From Verrucomicrobiota bacterium (lineage in GTDB: Bacteria > Verrucomicrobiota > Verrucomicrobiia > Opitutales > Cerasicoccaceae), in contig JBCBUK010000001.1 of NCBI GenBank assembly GCA_039818205.1, positions 1 through 64,000 on the forward strand: 64,000 nt of DNA, read 5' to 3'. This document shows, piece by piece, positions 38,015-47,915 of this stretch. Below the pieces are notes generated by a model. It worked only from the letters and a program-made list of their open reading frames with translations, did no database searches and was not told where the DNA came from. Position 1 is the first letter of the stretch. Each line of letters opens with the position of its first letter. The translations under genes were made by a program, and so were the position numbers.

Positions 38015-38799
38015 AACTCCGGCACTTCAAACTCGATCAACACCGGTCGATGGTCCGAGAAATAGCCAGGCAGCACCTCACAACGCAGTTTTTGGTAGGG
38101 CTCAGGCAGAAATACGAAGTCGATCGCCTTCCGCGGAAAGTGAGCCGGAAAGGTAAAGTCGGACTCAGGATACCGGTGATACTGCCGGTGCGCAAGGATG
38201 TGCGCAAAGAGGTGATTTACGGCATCTTTTTTTGGCTCTGAACGGCTGTTAAAATCACCACAGATAATCGGCGACAACGGATCTCCATTGGAGCCCGGAT
38301 GCTCTCGATCAACAATGTAGTCGACGATACGCTCGACCTGCTCGAGCCGCTTCTTGCGGGACTTAAAATCCAAGTGCAGATTCAACAGCGGCAACAGGTG
38401 ACCTCGATAATCCACCTCCGCATACAAGAAGCCTTTCTCGCCCAAGGTTGCCTGACCAAAGGCTTGGTTCTCCCAATGATGCAGAGGAAAACGGGACAAG
38501 ATTGCGTTGCCATAAGCCAGCGGACGCGGTCCCGTCCGGCGATTGTTCACCCCGATCTCGGCATGCTCCAAACCACAACTCTCGCGGATTTCATGCAAGA
38601 GGTTAATGTTCCAGTTCCAATGCGAATCCTCGTCCACCTCTTGAAGTGCGACGATGTCTGCATTGACGTTCCGCAACAACTCGCCAATCGCCGCCAGGTT
38701 CTTTCGAATCTTCTTTGGCGGACTAAATTTCTGGTAAAGAGAGAGACCCCGGCCATGCGCAATGTTGAAGGTAACGAGTCTCAGTTTTTCTGCCACCAC
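38011..38799 (-). CDS. Endonuclease/exonuclease/phosphatase family protein
   Basis: TFNI, ALQEVD, GDFN, IDF, SDHRPV. Confidence 0.92.
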   Translation of the reverse strand: MVAEKLRLVTFNIAHGRGLSLYQKFSPPKKIRKNLAAIGELLRNVNADIVALQEVDEDSHWNWNINLLHEIRESCGLEHAEIGVNNRRTGPRPLAYGNAILSRFPLHHWENQAFGQATLGEKGFLYAEVDYRGHLLPLLNLHLDFKSRKKRLEQVERIVDYIVDREHPGSNGDPLSPIICGDFNSRSEPKKDAVNHLFAHILAHRQYHRYPESDFTFPAHFPRKAIDFVFLPEPYQKLRCEVLPGYFSDHRPVLIEFEVPEF

Positions 38800-39002
38800 A
38801 CCAACCTTGGGATTTTTTTCTGGGGTGACAAGCCCATGTACCTGTCTAACCCATCAAGAACCGGTTTTTCCAATTTCTTGCAGCTACCAATATCCAAATT
38901 CAGATTGAAGCCTCGGGTCCAAGTGGCTATAAAAACCACTAACCGGTCTTTGCCTGCCGAGTCATTCAATCCGCACCGCGAAACCGAAAAATCCATCATA
39001 CT

Positions 39003-39545
39003 ATGCGCCACCTGTTTAAAGCAATTACCTTCGTCTTGATTTGCCTTCCCCTCGCCGCGAGTGCGAACAAGAACGCGATCGTCCAACACGCCCACGAACT
39101 CGCCAAACGCATCGAAAGGGCCCTTCACAAAAACGAACTGACCCAGCCTCAGATCTATACTTACCTGACCGAAATGGTCACCTTCGATGATCGGATCTAT
39201 GGCTCCGCGCTGGCATTCAATCCAAGCTTTCTCCACGGACATGCGTTCTTCCTCGAGCACAATGTCACCGAGGATGGCCGTCTGCTCTACAGTCCCTACA
39301 TTTTTCGAAACAAAGAACGTTTGCTGAAAGCAATCGACATCGGAAACATATCCGAGAAATACGGCTACGATTACGCCTCCTGGGACTGGTATAAGACTCC
39401 CATGGAAACCCAGCAACCAAACTGGACCAAGCCATATTTTGACGACGGTGGCGGCGGAATTGAAATGGTTACCTATTCAATCCCAATCGGCGAGATCGCC
39501 ATCCTTACCTTCGACCTACCCCACGAAGAAGAGCCCGCAAAGTAG
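39003..39545 (+). CDS. Stand-alone secreted Cache-like sensor domain protein
   Basis: Signal peptide; DWYK..WTKPYFD..MVTYSIPI. Confidence 0.75.
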   Translation: MRHLFKAITFVLICLPLAASANKNAIVQHAHELAKRIERALHKNELTQPQIYTYLTEMVTFDDRIYGSALAFNPSFLHGHAFFLEHNVTEDGRLLYSPYIFRNKERLLKAIDIGNISEKYGYDYASWDWYKTPMETQQPNWTKPYFDDGGGGIEMVTYSIPIGEIAILTFDLPHEEEPAK

Positions 39546-39578
39546 CGGACTCTTTCCAGAAGGTATCAACGAGCAGCA

Positions 39579-40994
39579 CTAGTGGCCCGCCGGGGCGTCC
39601 AGGTAGTGGCCTTCGATTAGGGCGTTATAGCCCGCGTATTTGTAGAGCTCGTGCAAGGTCGGCATGTTGTAGACGCGATTGATCACGGTCTCGATTGTCG
39701 CCTTGTTATCGACGAGTGCCATGCCGTAGTGGATGAGCTCTGTGGCGATCTTACCCATAATGTGAACACCAATGACCGCCTCGGTTTCCTTGTTGATAAT
39801 CAACTTCAGGAGGCCCTCTTTTGCGCCCATGATCTTACCCCGTGGCATATCAACGTAGCGAGCGCGCCCGACCACGTAATCGATGCCCTTCTCTGCCGCT
39901 TCTTCTTCGGTCAAGCCATAGACGCTGACTTCTGGGATCGTGTAGATACCGTAGGGGAAACTTGCGGTTAGCTCAAGCTGCTCACCGAATCCAAACATGT
40001 GGGAAACGGCAACACGGCCCTGATCCATCCCGGTACTGGCGAGGGATGGGAAACCGATCACGTCGCCAACGGCGTAAATTGATGGCACCGTCGTCTTATA
40101 CTCATGGTCAACAACAATGGCTCCGCGCTTTCCGAGCTCCACGCCAACGTCTTCCAAACCAAGCCCGGCAGAAACGGCGGAACGGCCAGCTGCATAAAGG
40201 AACATGTCGGCCTGAATGGGCTCACCATCGGTCAGAGTTGCGTGGACATTAAACTCGTGCTCGTCCGGAAGAATCGTCACCTCCTCCACGCGCTGATTCA
40301 TCACGAATTCGATGCCGTCCTCCTTCATTTTATCCACGAGCTGGTCGCGGATCTCCTTATCGAGGAAAGTCAGGATCTCCTCACGGCTATTCACTAGGGA
40401 TACCTTTGTCCCCATCACCGCAAAAATCGTAGCGTATTCACAACCGATCACCCCGGCACCGACAATCACGAGAGATTTCGGAATGCCTTTGATATTCAAA
40501 ATAGTGTCAGAATCATGGACAAATTTGCCATCGAAGGGAATGCCCGGTGGCTGGAATGGGAATGAGCCCGTGGCGATTAGGATGTGGTCCGCTCCGATGA
40601 TTTCATCGTCCACCCCGTGACATTGAACCCGATTCGGCCCAATAACGCTGCCCTTCCCCTTGAACACATCAATATTGTGCAGGACAAAATTCTTCTCGAT
40701 GCCCAATTCCTGCCAATCTTGGACCTCATTCTTGCGGAAAAAGAAGTCTTCGGCGTCAGCGGCTCGTTTGAGCTTCTTGTCCACACCGAAAAGCCCATGT
40801 TCGTTGATGCCCGAATAGTAGAGCGCCGTTTCTTTGAGAGTCTTCGACGGCAAGGTTCCGGTGTTAGTTCCGGCGCCTCCCAGCATCGACTCCTTCTCAA
40901 TCACGGCGACATTCTTACCGTGATAGGCGGCTTTCACCGCTGCTTTCTCCCCCGCCGGGCCGGACCCGATGACAACAAGATCATAGTGCTTCAT
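39579..40994 (-). CDS. sthA: Soluble pyridine nucleotide transhydrogenase
   Basis: GSGPAG, GTLPSKTL without redox Cys pair, GAGVIG, GIYTIPE. Confidence 0.88.
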   Translation of the reverse strand: MKHYDLVVIGSGPAGEKAAVKAAYHGKNVAVIEKESMLGGAGTNTGTLPSKTLKETALYYSGINEHGLFGVDKKLKRAADAEDFFFRKNEVQDWQELGIEKNFVLHNIDVFKGKGSVIGPNRVQCHGVDDEIIGADHILIATGSFPFQPPGIPFDGKFVHDSDTILNIKGIPKSLVIVGAGVIGCEYATIFAVMGTKVSLVNSREEILTFLDKEIRDQLVDKMKEDGIEFVMNQRVEEVTILPDEHEFNVHATLTDGEPIQADMFLYAAGRSAVSAGLGLEDVGVELGKRGAIVVDHEYKTTVPSIYAVGDVIGFPSLASTGMDQGRVAVSHMFGFGEQLELTASFPYGIYTIPEVSVYGLTEEEAAEKGIDYVVGRARYVDMPRGKIMGAKEGLLKLIINKETEAVIGVHIMGKIATELIHYGMALVDNKATIETVINRVYNMPTLHELYKYAGYNALIEGHYLDAPAGH

Positions 40995-41095
40995 GGCAGA
41001 AACAAGCTAAAGCGATGCCCAGCCCCAAGGAAAGCCCGAAACAGCTGTCGGACAAATTTAAGGTCGGAGAATTGGAATGATAACAGCGGGAGTGG

Positions 41096-41290
41096 CTACT
41101 CCTGGGAGACGAGGAGATGGATATCAGCCGGTTGCGGGCGGTTGCGACCGACAAAACACTCGTCTAAGGCGTCATTGATATTGGAATGAAGTTCCTTTAG
41201 ATCAACACCTTGTGTGAATATGCTTTCACTGTGGCAGGAAGCGGTGAGATTACCATCCTGCTGTTGCTTAACTTCAAATATTAACCCCAT
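41096..41290 (-). CDS. HicB-like small protein (orphan)
   Basis: IFEV..DG..TA..SIFTQG..ELHSNINDAL RNase H-like pattern. Confidence 0.65.
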   Translation of the reverse strand: MGLIFEVKQQQDGNLTASCHSESIFTQGVDLKELHSNINDALDECFVGRNRPQPADIHLLVSQE

Positions 41291-41421
41291 GATGAAACGA
41301 GTAAGTTACAGAATTGCGAAGTCTAATGCAATTAAGACTTTGTTATTATGAAAATGTTTCTTCTTTTTTTACAGAGGATCATTATATCACCGAATACTGA
41401 GGTAATCGAACCAATATACTC

Positions 41422-42141
41422 ATGAAGCTAAAAAAACCCACCGCAGTCACCGTCAAGCGGGTGTTGATCGGAATTGCCGTCATCATCGCTCTACTCGTGG
41501 TGGGAGATCAGATTGCGCCGCACATCCCTGCGGCTGAGAAATGGATCCAGGATCAGGGAGTACTCGCTCCGGTGATCTACATCCTCTTGGTCTGCTTACT
41601 CACCTTGCTTTGTTTCCCGATGGACGTGCTTTTTGTCGCTGCCGGGATGATATTTGGCCTTTGGTGGGGGACCCTCTATCTGACAATCGCCACGACCGTT
41701 AGCCAAATGATTGTCTTCCTAGTATCGCGGTATCTGCTGCGGCATCGCGTCGAAAACTGGCTCGTTGACAATCAGAAAATGCGAATCCTGAACCGCGCTA
41801 TCGAACACAAAGGTGCCCAGCTTCTTTTTCTGATCCGGATGGCGCCCATCCCAGCATCGCCGGTCAGTTACTTGATGGGGGTTAGCTCCATGCGATTTGG
41901 GAAATTTGTATTGGCGAGCACAGGGCTCCTCCCAGTAGCATTTGCCTCCATGTATTTTGGCCATGCCGCGATCCATGCGATCGACGATGCAAATAACCCT
42001 AAGGCAAGCTTCGGATGGGACGATGCGTTGCTCTACATGGGCGCGTTCGCATCGATTATTGGGGTCGCCTACATTGGACACACCGCGCGCAACGCGATCA
42101 TCCGAGCCGAAAAGGAAGAAGCCGCCCTCGCCGAGACCTAA
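41422..42141 (+). CDS. TVP38/DedA (SNARE-associated) membrane protein
   Basis: AAGMIFG, LIRMAPIP..SYLMG. Confidence 0.9.
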   Translation: MKLKKPTAVTVKRVLIGIAVIIALLVVGDQIAPHIPAAEKWIQDQGVLAPVIYILLVCLLTLLCFPMDVLFVAAGMIFGLWWGTLYLTIATTVSQMIVFLVSRYLLRHRVENWLVDNQKMRILNRAIEHKGAQLLFLIRMAPIPASPVSYLMGVSSMRFGKFVLASTGLLPVAFASMYFGHAAIHAIDDANNPKASFGWDDALLYMGAFASIIGVAYIGHTARNAIIRAEKEEAALAET

Positions 42142-44717
42142 TTCTTCCGCTTCTCAAAGGGCTCAACCAGTTCCCAAAGCAGCGGATTATCACGGGCATC
42201 GTCAATATCTTCGAACATCGCCGTCGCCGCAGTTTTCAGTTCGAGATCCCGTTCCACGACTTGGGCCGTGTATTCCTTCCAATGCTGCCATGCCTCGCGA
42301 TAACGCTTTTCCAGGCGGTCAATCTCGCCCATCCAATAATATGCATAGACGGGCGGTTTATCGATTGCCAATAGGCGCTCCAGCGTCCATTTCGCCCCCT
42401 CTAGGTCTTGATTTTTCAATTGCTGATTGAGGAGCATGCCACCACGCACCACGTCGTCTGGCTGCGCGGCAAAGCGGACCCGTTGCTCATCAATGGGACG
42501 CCCTCCGAGGCTCTGCATCGCTGGGATCTGCGGCACCGGTACGTATTCCGCCGCCAACTCAATTGCCCCCGGAAAATTTCCCAGTTTGGCCATAGCGTTG
42601 GCTTGATAATACCAGGCATTGGGAATGCTATCGGGCGCAGACTCGAGAAAACGGATCAACGCGCCGGCGTCGCCACGGTCGAGCCACATCAACATGATAG
42701 CCTCACGCTCATCGCCCGAGAATTGGCTTAAGGTGGAGCTGCGACGCAGATCATCGCTCAATGCCTTAAGGAAATTCTTTCCCTGCAGGGATTCGAGATA
42801 CCGGGTTCGAAAAGCGCTCGAAGTTTGGCTGAGTCGATCCAGATCGCGAGAGAATCGCGGATTGCCGCTCGCGGTCAAAATGATCTTTTTGTAGACCTCT
42901 TGAGGATTGGTGGTTTGCCGGGTCAATGCGTCAGCCCAAGCTTCATAGGCGTAGTGGGTGCTTCTCCGCAGCCAGATTTCACCCTCATAAAGCGCCGGAT
43001 CAATCATTACAGGCTCAAGCAGCCGAGCTTTCCGGAAATCCTCTCGAGCCTCGGTCGTATCCCGTTCCAGGTAGAGCCGAGCCTTTCCACGGTAAAGATG
43101 TAATTGCCAGTCCAGCGGTAGAAAGTTCAACGCCACATCGAGGTCGTCCAGCACGGCATCAGCACTGCCCGCTTCAATCGCTGCATCAATCTGAACGGGG
43201 TAGACTTCCTTTACCACCGCGGTGTGCAGCATACTCTTCGTAGTATCCGCATAGACCCATACACCGCCTATGGCGAACAGAGCAATACCACCGAACCTCC
43301 AGATCCATGACGGAAACAAACAGTTAGCCTCAGATTTAAGGCGCGGCAAGGCGATCCGGTAAAGCCAAAGCGCGATGACTATAATGCCAAGCCGATGTGC
43401 CGAGACGTCAAAAAAGGAATGCAATAGGACGAGGGATAATGCGATCAAAGCACCGCTGCGAATTGGCGTCGAGGGGTCTCGTCCGAAGGGTAACATTAGC
43501 CAGTATAACAGGATGATCAGAGCGGCCACGACGGACATGCCGGGGACACCCAGCTCAGAGGCGACCCACAGCCAATCGCTTTCAGGATGGATAACGGGTT
43601 CAGGAGTCGCGGAGTGCTCCCGGTATTGGGGAAAAAGCACCGAAAAATTCCCAAGCCCAACGCCGGTAGCCGGTTGGTTCGCAATCATGTTGATTGAATC
43701 CGAATAGATCCGCCAACGCATGCTATCAAACACACTTTCATCGGCTTGAATCCAGTCCTGAACCCGGGACAAGGTCTGCTGGCCAGTGATCAGCATCAAA
43801 CCGAAACAAATCGCAGCCAATGGCGCAACAACCCGCAACGCACCGGCTTCTTTGCCGACACCAAAGTGAAAAATCGTCCATATGCCAGCGCCGATCACAA
43901 ACAGAATCAAACCGGCCTTCGAAAGACTCATCGAAACCGCCGTCGCCGCTGCGAAAAACGAGAATGCCGAAATCGCCACCCAGTACCACTTTGTTTGTCG
44001 ATTGTAGGCGATCAAAGCGAGGGAAACCACGCCGATCATCCCCATTAGGATCGATGTCTGGTTGCGGTTATCGAAATAGCTAAAGCTGGCAGCACGATCG
44101 GTTATTGGGTAATTGATGTCCTTCCAACTCCCATAAACCACTGCAAGGGCCAATAAGCCACCCAGGATCGAAAACAGTTGCAGCAAACGCCAACGATCCT
44201 TGCCCCGAAAACGGATGTTGATCAACAGGTAGAAAAAACCAATTCCGCCGCACATTAGCGCCAGCGCCTCGAGGGAACGAATCGGCTGCGCCGAGATCGT
44301 TGGCGGTAAGGCGATTCCAGCTCGATCGGCTGCAGTCCACCAATCTGGACGTCCGAACAAAATTCCAGGCAAAAAGCCGAACCAATCCGACGGTAAAAAG
44401 GCAATCAATCCAAGCCCCACCAAAGTCAACACCGTCCAATCCATCCGGCGATCCAAGGTTCGCTGAGGTGGGCGAAACGTCAAAACAGCACCCACCAGAA
44501 TCAGAAATGCTCCTTGAGACCAAATAAATTTGCCGCCGCCGCACAGCACCAGCACGACTAAGAATACGACAACCAAGAAGTTTCCAATCGCCGTGGGGCC
44601 GTCATTCATCGGAGGCTGGGGCTCCGAGGAAGCTTTGGCCCGTTTACGCGAAGAGGTCTTAGGCGACTTCGAGGAAGACGACGATCGGGAGCGCTTCGCT
44701 TTGGATTTTTCGGCCAT
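42138..44717 (-). CDS. O-antigen ligase/Wzy-like membrane protein with TPR-like tail
   Basis: NRN, SKAG, RW..Y, GVGLGNF, HPESDW. Confidence 0.85.
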   Translation of the reverse strand: MAEKSKAKRSRSSSSSKSPKTSSRKRAKASSEPQPPMNDGPTAIGNFLVVVFLVVLVLCGGGKFIWSQGAFLILVGAVLTFRPPQRTLDRRMDWTVLTLVGLGLIAFLPSDWFGFLPGILFGRPDWWTAADRAGIALPPTISAQPIRSLEALALMCGGIGFFYLLINIRFRGKDRWRLLQLFSILGGLLALAVVYGSWKDINYPITDRAASFSYFDNRNQTSILMGMIGVVSLALIAYNRQTKWYWVAISAFSFFAAATAVSMSLSKAGLILFVIGAGIWTIFHFGVGKEAGALRVVAPLAAICFGLMLITGQQTLSRVQDWIQADESVFDSMRWRIYSDSINMIANQPATGVGLGNFSVLFPQYREHSATPEPVIHPESDWLWVASELGVPGMSVVAALIILLYWLMLPFGRDPSTPIRSGALIALSLVLLHSFFDVSAHRLGIIVIALWLYRIALPRLKSEANCLFPSWIWRFGGIALFAIGGVWVYADTTKSMLHTAVVKEVYPVQIDAAIEAGSADAVLDDLDVALNFLPLDWQLHLYRGKARLYLERDTTEAREDFRKARLLEPVMIDPALYEGEIWLRRSTHYAYEAWADALTRQTTNPQEVYKKIILTASGNPRFSRDLDRLSQTSSAFRTRYLESLQGKNFLKALSDDLRRSSTLSQFSGDEREAIMLMWLDRGDAGALIRFLESAPDSIPNAWYYQANAMAKLGNFPGAIELAAEYVPVPQIPAMQSLGGRPIDEQRVRFAAQPDDVVRGGMLLNQQLKNQDLEGAKWTLERLLAIDKPPVYAYYWMGEIDRLEKRYREAWQHWKEYTAQVVERDLELKTAATAMFEDIDDARDNPLLWELVEPFEKRKN

Positions 44718-44819
44718 GGAACGCGCCAGCTTTACACACCCGAGATTGTTGGCAATAGCCAACTTTCACTGGCAATCGCCAAACCAACCGCCTGAATCCG
44801 ATTTACGAATTTCGCAGGA

Positions 44820-46922
44820 TTAACCCGACATCGCCGTTAGCTCGGGATCCTTTTTGGTTTTCGGACGATAGTTGTAGTAGTCGTGATACTTGTTGTAGTA
44901 ATAGTAGTGGCTGGTCCGCTTGGTATCGACGAAGTTTAGGACGAATCCGTCGACCGCCATACCGCGAAGCTCAAGTACATCCAGCGAACTCTTTATCTGG
45001 GCTGAACGCGTATAATTAGACCGGACCATAAACAAGATGGCGTCGGCATTTGAAGCAAAGCTCGGGGTGTCGTCAGTCGCGAGGACTGGCGGGCAGTCAA
45101 AAATGATATAATCATAGCGATCACGCATCTCCTCGAGCAACGAATTGAAGCGCTTACTCAGGAGCATTTCCCCAGGACGCTCCGGGTAATCTCCACAAGG
45201 GAGAACATCCAGGTCCTTCGTCTCGGATTTTTGAACGACATCATCCAGCGTTAAATCTTCGTTCTCGATGAGCTCGGCGAAGCCAGGAGACGGCTCGATA
45301 CCAAACTCCGTATGGACGCGACCGCGACGCAAATCAGCATCTACGAGCAAGGTCTTTGAATGGGCAAAGGCCAAGGTGATACCGAGGTTACTCGAGAGCG
45401 TCGACTTGCCCTCAGCGGGAACCGCACTCGTCAACAGAATGACTTGAGGACGATTTCCATCATGATCCATAAAGAGCAACGATGATCGAATATTTCGACA
45501 CGACTCGGCAAACATCACCCGATCATCTCCGGCCTGCAACAGCCCGATCCGGGACGATCCTTTAATCGTTGGCTGAAGCGGGATCACGCCCAGAACCGGC
45601 GGATCAAAGCGTGTGGTGAGATCCTCAGCGGAAACCACTCGGGTATCCAAAACGGAAACCAATACCAAGATACCGACACCGAATACTAGACCAATGACAC
45701 CGCCGAGAATGATGTTCTTATTGCGCTCACTTGGCACTTGGAACGCCTTTGAGGCGGGTTGTAAGATCGATATCGTTTCCTGGTGTGTATTCTTGGTGAT
45801 ATCGAGTGACTCGATCGATGCCAGCAGGCGATCGTGGACTTTCTTAGCACTGTCCAGGCGAGAATTTATGCGATCGAATTCGGCCAAAAGTGTGCTGAAT
45901 TTCAGCGCTTTAGTTTCCCATTCCGAAATGAGTTCATCCAAGTTGGCCAGCTCTGCTTCGAGCTTCTTCTCGCGCTCTTCCAACTGACCCAAAGTTTGCC
46001 GACGATAGATCTTCAAAAGGTTTTCTTGCCGCTCGATTTCCTGGTTCAATCGCTTGATCCGCGGATGCGCTGGCTTCATATATATCGAGAACTCGGCACG
46101 CTCGGCCTTAAGCGCCTCAACTTCACGTTTTGTCTCATCGTAATTGGAGTCGGCTCCACTCAACTGAGACTCAGTCAGCGCGTTTTGGCTTGAGCCGGAT
46201 CCATGAGAATATTCGCTAATGTTTTCGAGAAGTCGAATCTCTCGTTTCATCCGCGCACGATCGTTATTGAGTGCCGCAAGATAGGTACCAGCGTTGTTCC
46301 CCTGCTCTGTGATAAAAACTATGTTGTTCTCCTTTTGGAAATTCAAACGATCCTCTTCTAACTCCTCGATTTCCTCTTGTTTCTCGAGCGCTTTGACCAT
46401 GATCGTGTTGAACGTTCTCTCCGTGGTCATCGTCCGGCGGTCCGACTTAAACAGCAGGAACTCGTGCATCATGGCATCAAGATACGCCTGGACGTATTGC
46501 GGTTCGGTTCCGACTGCCTCGAGCTCGAACGCACTGGCATCGTCGACCTGTCGGATTCCAACAGCAACCGGTATGCGCTTCAACTCAGGATGAAGCGCAG
46601 CAACCCGCTGGATCGCCTTTTGCCGAACTGGCTGGCTCTGCATGAATTTGATCTGCGTGCCAAAGAAATTGAGAAAGACCTCTTGATATCGTGCACCTTC
46701 AGGAATGGTCACTTGACCATCAATCACCATCTCCGCTCGCGACTGATACATCGGCTCCTTCAGCGATTCATTGTACCATTGAATCGATACACCGACTGCC
46801 ACACAAATAATCAGGACCCACCAAAGGCGGGATACGAGCATGCGTGCGCGAAAGTAGACGGATCTGATCAAGTCAGACCATTCAAAATTGCCTTCGTTTT
46901 CGTCTATGCCGGGGTGCGCCAT
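44820..46922 (-). CDS. Wzc-type polysaccharide co-polymerase / tyrosine kinase
   Basis: Two TMs, coiled coil, PAEGKST, DADLR, DCPP, Tyr cluster YYYYNKYHDYYNY. Confidence 0.95.
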   Translation of the reverse strand: MAHPGIDENEGNFEWSDLIRSVYFRARMLVSRLWWVLIICVAVGVSIQWYNESLKEPMYQSRAEMVIDGQVTIPEGARYQEVFLNFFGTQIKFMQSQPVRQKAIQRVAALHPELKRIPVAVGIRQVDDASAFELEAVGTEPQYVQAYLDAMMHEFLLFKSDRRTMTTERTFNTIMVKALEKQEEIEELEEDRLNFQKENNIVFITEQGNNAGTYLAALNNDRARMKREIRLLENISEYSHGSGSSQNALTESQLSGADSNYDETKREVEALKAERAEFSIYMKPAHPRIKRLNQEIERQENLLKIYRRQTLGQLEEREKKLEAELANLDELISEWETKALKFSTLLAEFDRINSRLDSAKKVHDRLLASIESLDITKNTHQETISILQPASKAFQVPSERNKNIILGGVIGLVFGVGILVLVSVLDTRVVSAEDLTTRFDPPVLGVIPLQPTIKGSSRIGLLQAGDDRVMFAESCRNIRSSLLFMDHDGNRPQVILLTSAVPAEGKSTLSSNLGITLAFAHSKTLLVDADLRRGRVHTEFGIEPSPGFAELIENEDLTLDDVVQKSETKDLDVLPCGDYPERPGEMLLSKRFNSLLEEMRDRYDYIIFDCPPVLATDDTPSFASNADAILFMVRSNYTRSAQIKSSLDVLELRGMAVDGFVLNFVDTKRTSHYYYYNKYHDYYNYRPKTKKDPELTAMSG

Positions 46923-46925
46923 CGA

Positions 46926-47915
46926 TTAAAAGCTAATGAATTTTTCCGGTACAATTATCCGGTCGCCGGACTGAATCTGAACATCCATTTCCTGCTGACC
47001 TTCTTCCAAAATCTCGTCCACGTCTATCTCCAGCTCTGTGCGGACACCCGCTTCGTCGTGCCGGATCAACTTAACGGAACCACCGTTCGCAAATTGTGCA
47101 AACCCGCCTGCTCCGAGAATCGCCTGGCTGATCGCAATCTTCTGCCCTACCGATATAGGATACACTCCAGGGGCGCGGACCGCACCGGAAACAATATACT
47201 GTCCGCTGGTGTCACCACGCTGGCTCACAAATACGCGATCATTGGCTTTCACGATCAAATCCTGATCCAAGCGTCCAGTCTCCATAATCTTCGACACGTT
47301 GAGGTCGAAACGTTCGGATGACTCTGGATTCTTTACGTCAGGACGAACCAGAAGCACGCGTGACGCATCCGACAATCGTGTGAAACCGCCTGCTCGAATA
47401 ATCGCTCCGCTAACTCTCAGGATTTCTCCTGAAGGAATCTGAATAGCACCCGCATTATTGACCTCGCCCATTACGTAGACGATACCGCGGCTCCCGGTAT
47501 CTTGATGAGGCTCGATGATAACGGTTGCCTGATAATAGTATTCCTCTCTCAAACGCTCACTGATTTCCAGCGCTAGCTTCTGTAAAGTCTGACCCGCTGC
47601 CTGAACATTACCGACCAGAGGAATCGACATTTCGCCATCCTCATCGACCAATAGAACTTCTGGCGGGATGCGGTCTTCGATAACACGATACTCTAATTGT
47701 TCACCCACCTCGATGATGGCTGTGCTATCAAGCTCAAGCATCGCGTTGAGCGAATCGTCCGCATTAACCGGTGGTGCGGGAGCGCGAAATTTTGGCTCGG
47801 GTTCGACAACTAGGGCACTGCCAGGCACGTCTGCAACCGGAGCCTGAGACTCCGCTAACTCCTGTCCGTGCGCGACCGATATGCCAAATAGGCAAAGCGC
47901 TAACCTAAAAATCAT
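46926..47915 (-). CDS. Polysaccharide export protein (OPX/Wza-like; Poly_export + SLBB)
   Basis: VDEDGEMSIPLVG, GEV..G, AGGF, GDRIIVPE; no lipobox. Confidence 0.9.
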   Translation of the reverse strand: MIFRLALCLFGISVAHGQELAESQAPVADVPGSALVVEPEPKFRAPAPPVNADDSLNAMLELDSTAIIEVGEQLEYRVIEDRIPPEVLLVDEDGEMSIPLVGNVQAAGQTLQKLALEISERLREEYYYQATVIIEPHQDTGSRGIVYVMGEVNNAGAIQIPSGEILRVSGAIIRAGGFTRLSDASRVLLVRPDVKNPESSERFDLNVSKIMETGRLDQDLIVKANDRVFVSQRGDTSGQYIVSGAVRAPGVYPISVGQKIAISQAILGAGGFAQFANGGSVKLIRHDEAGVRTELEIDVDEILEEGQQEMDVQIQSGDRIIVPEKFISF

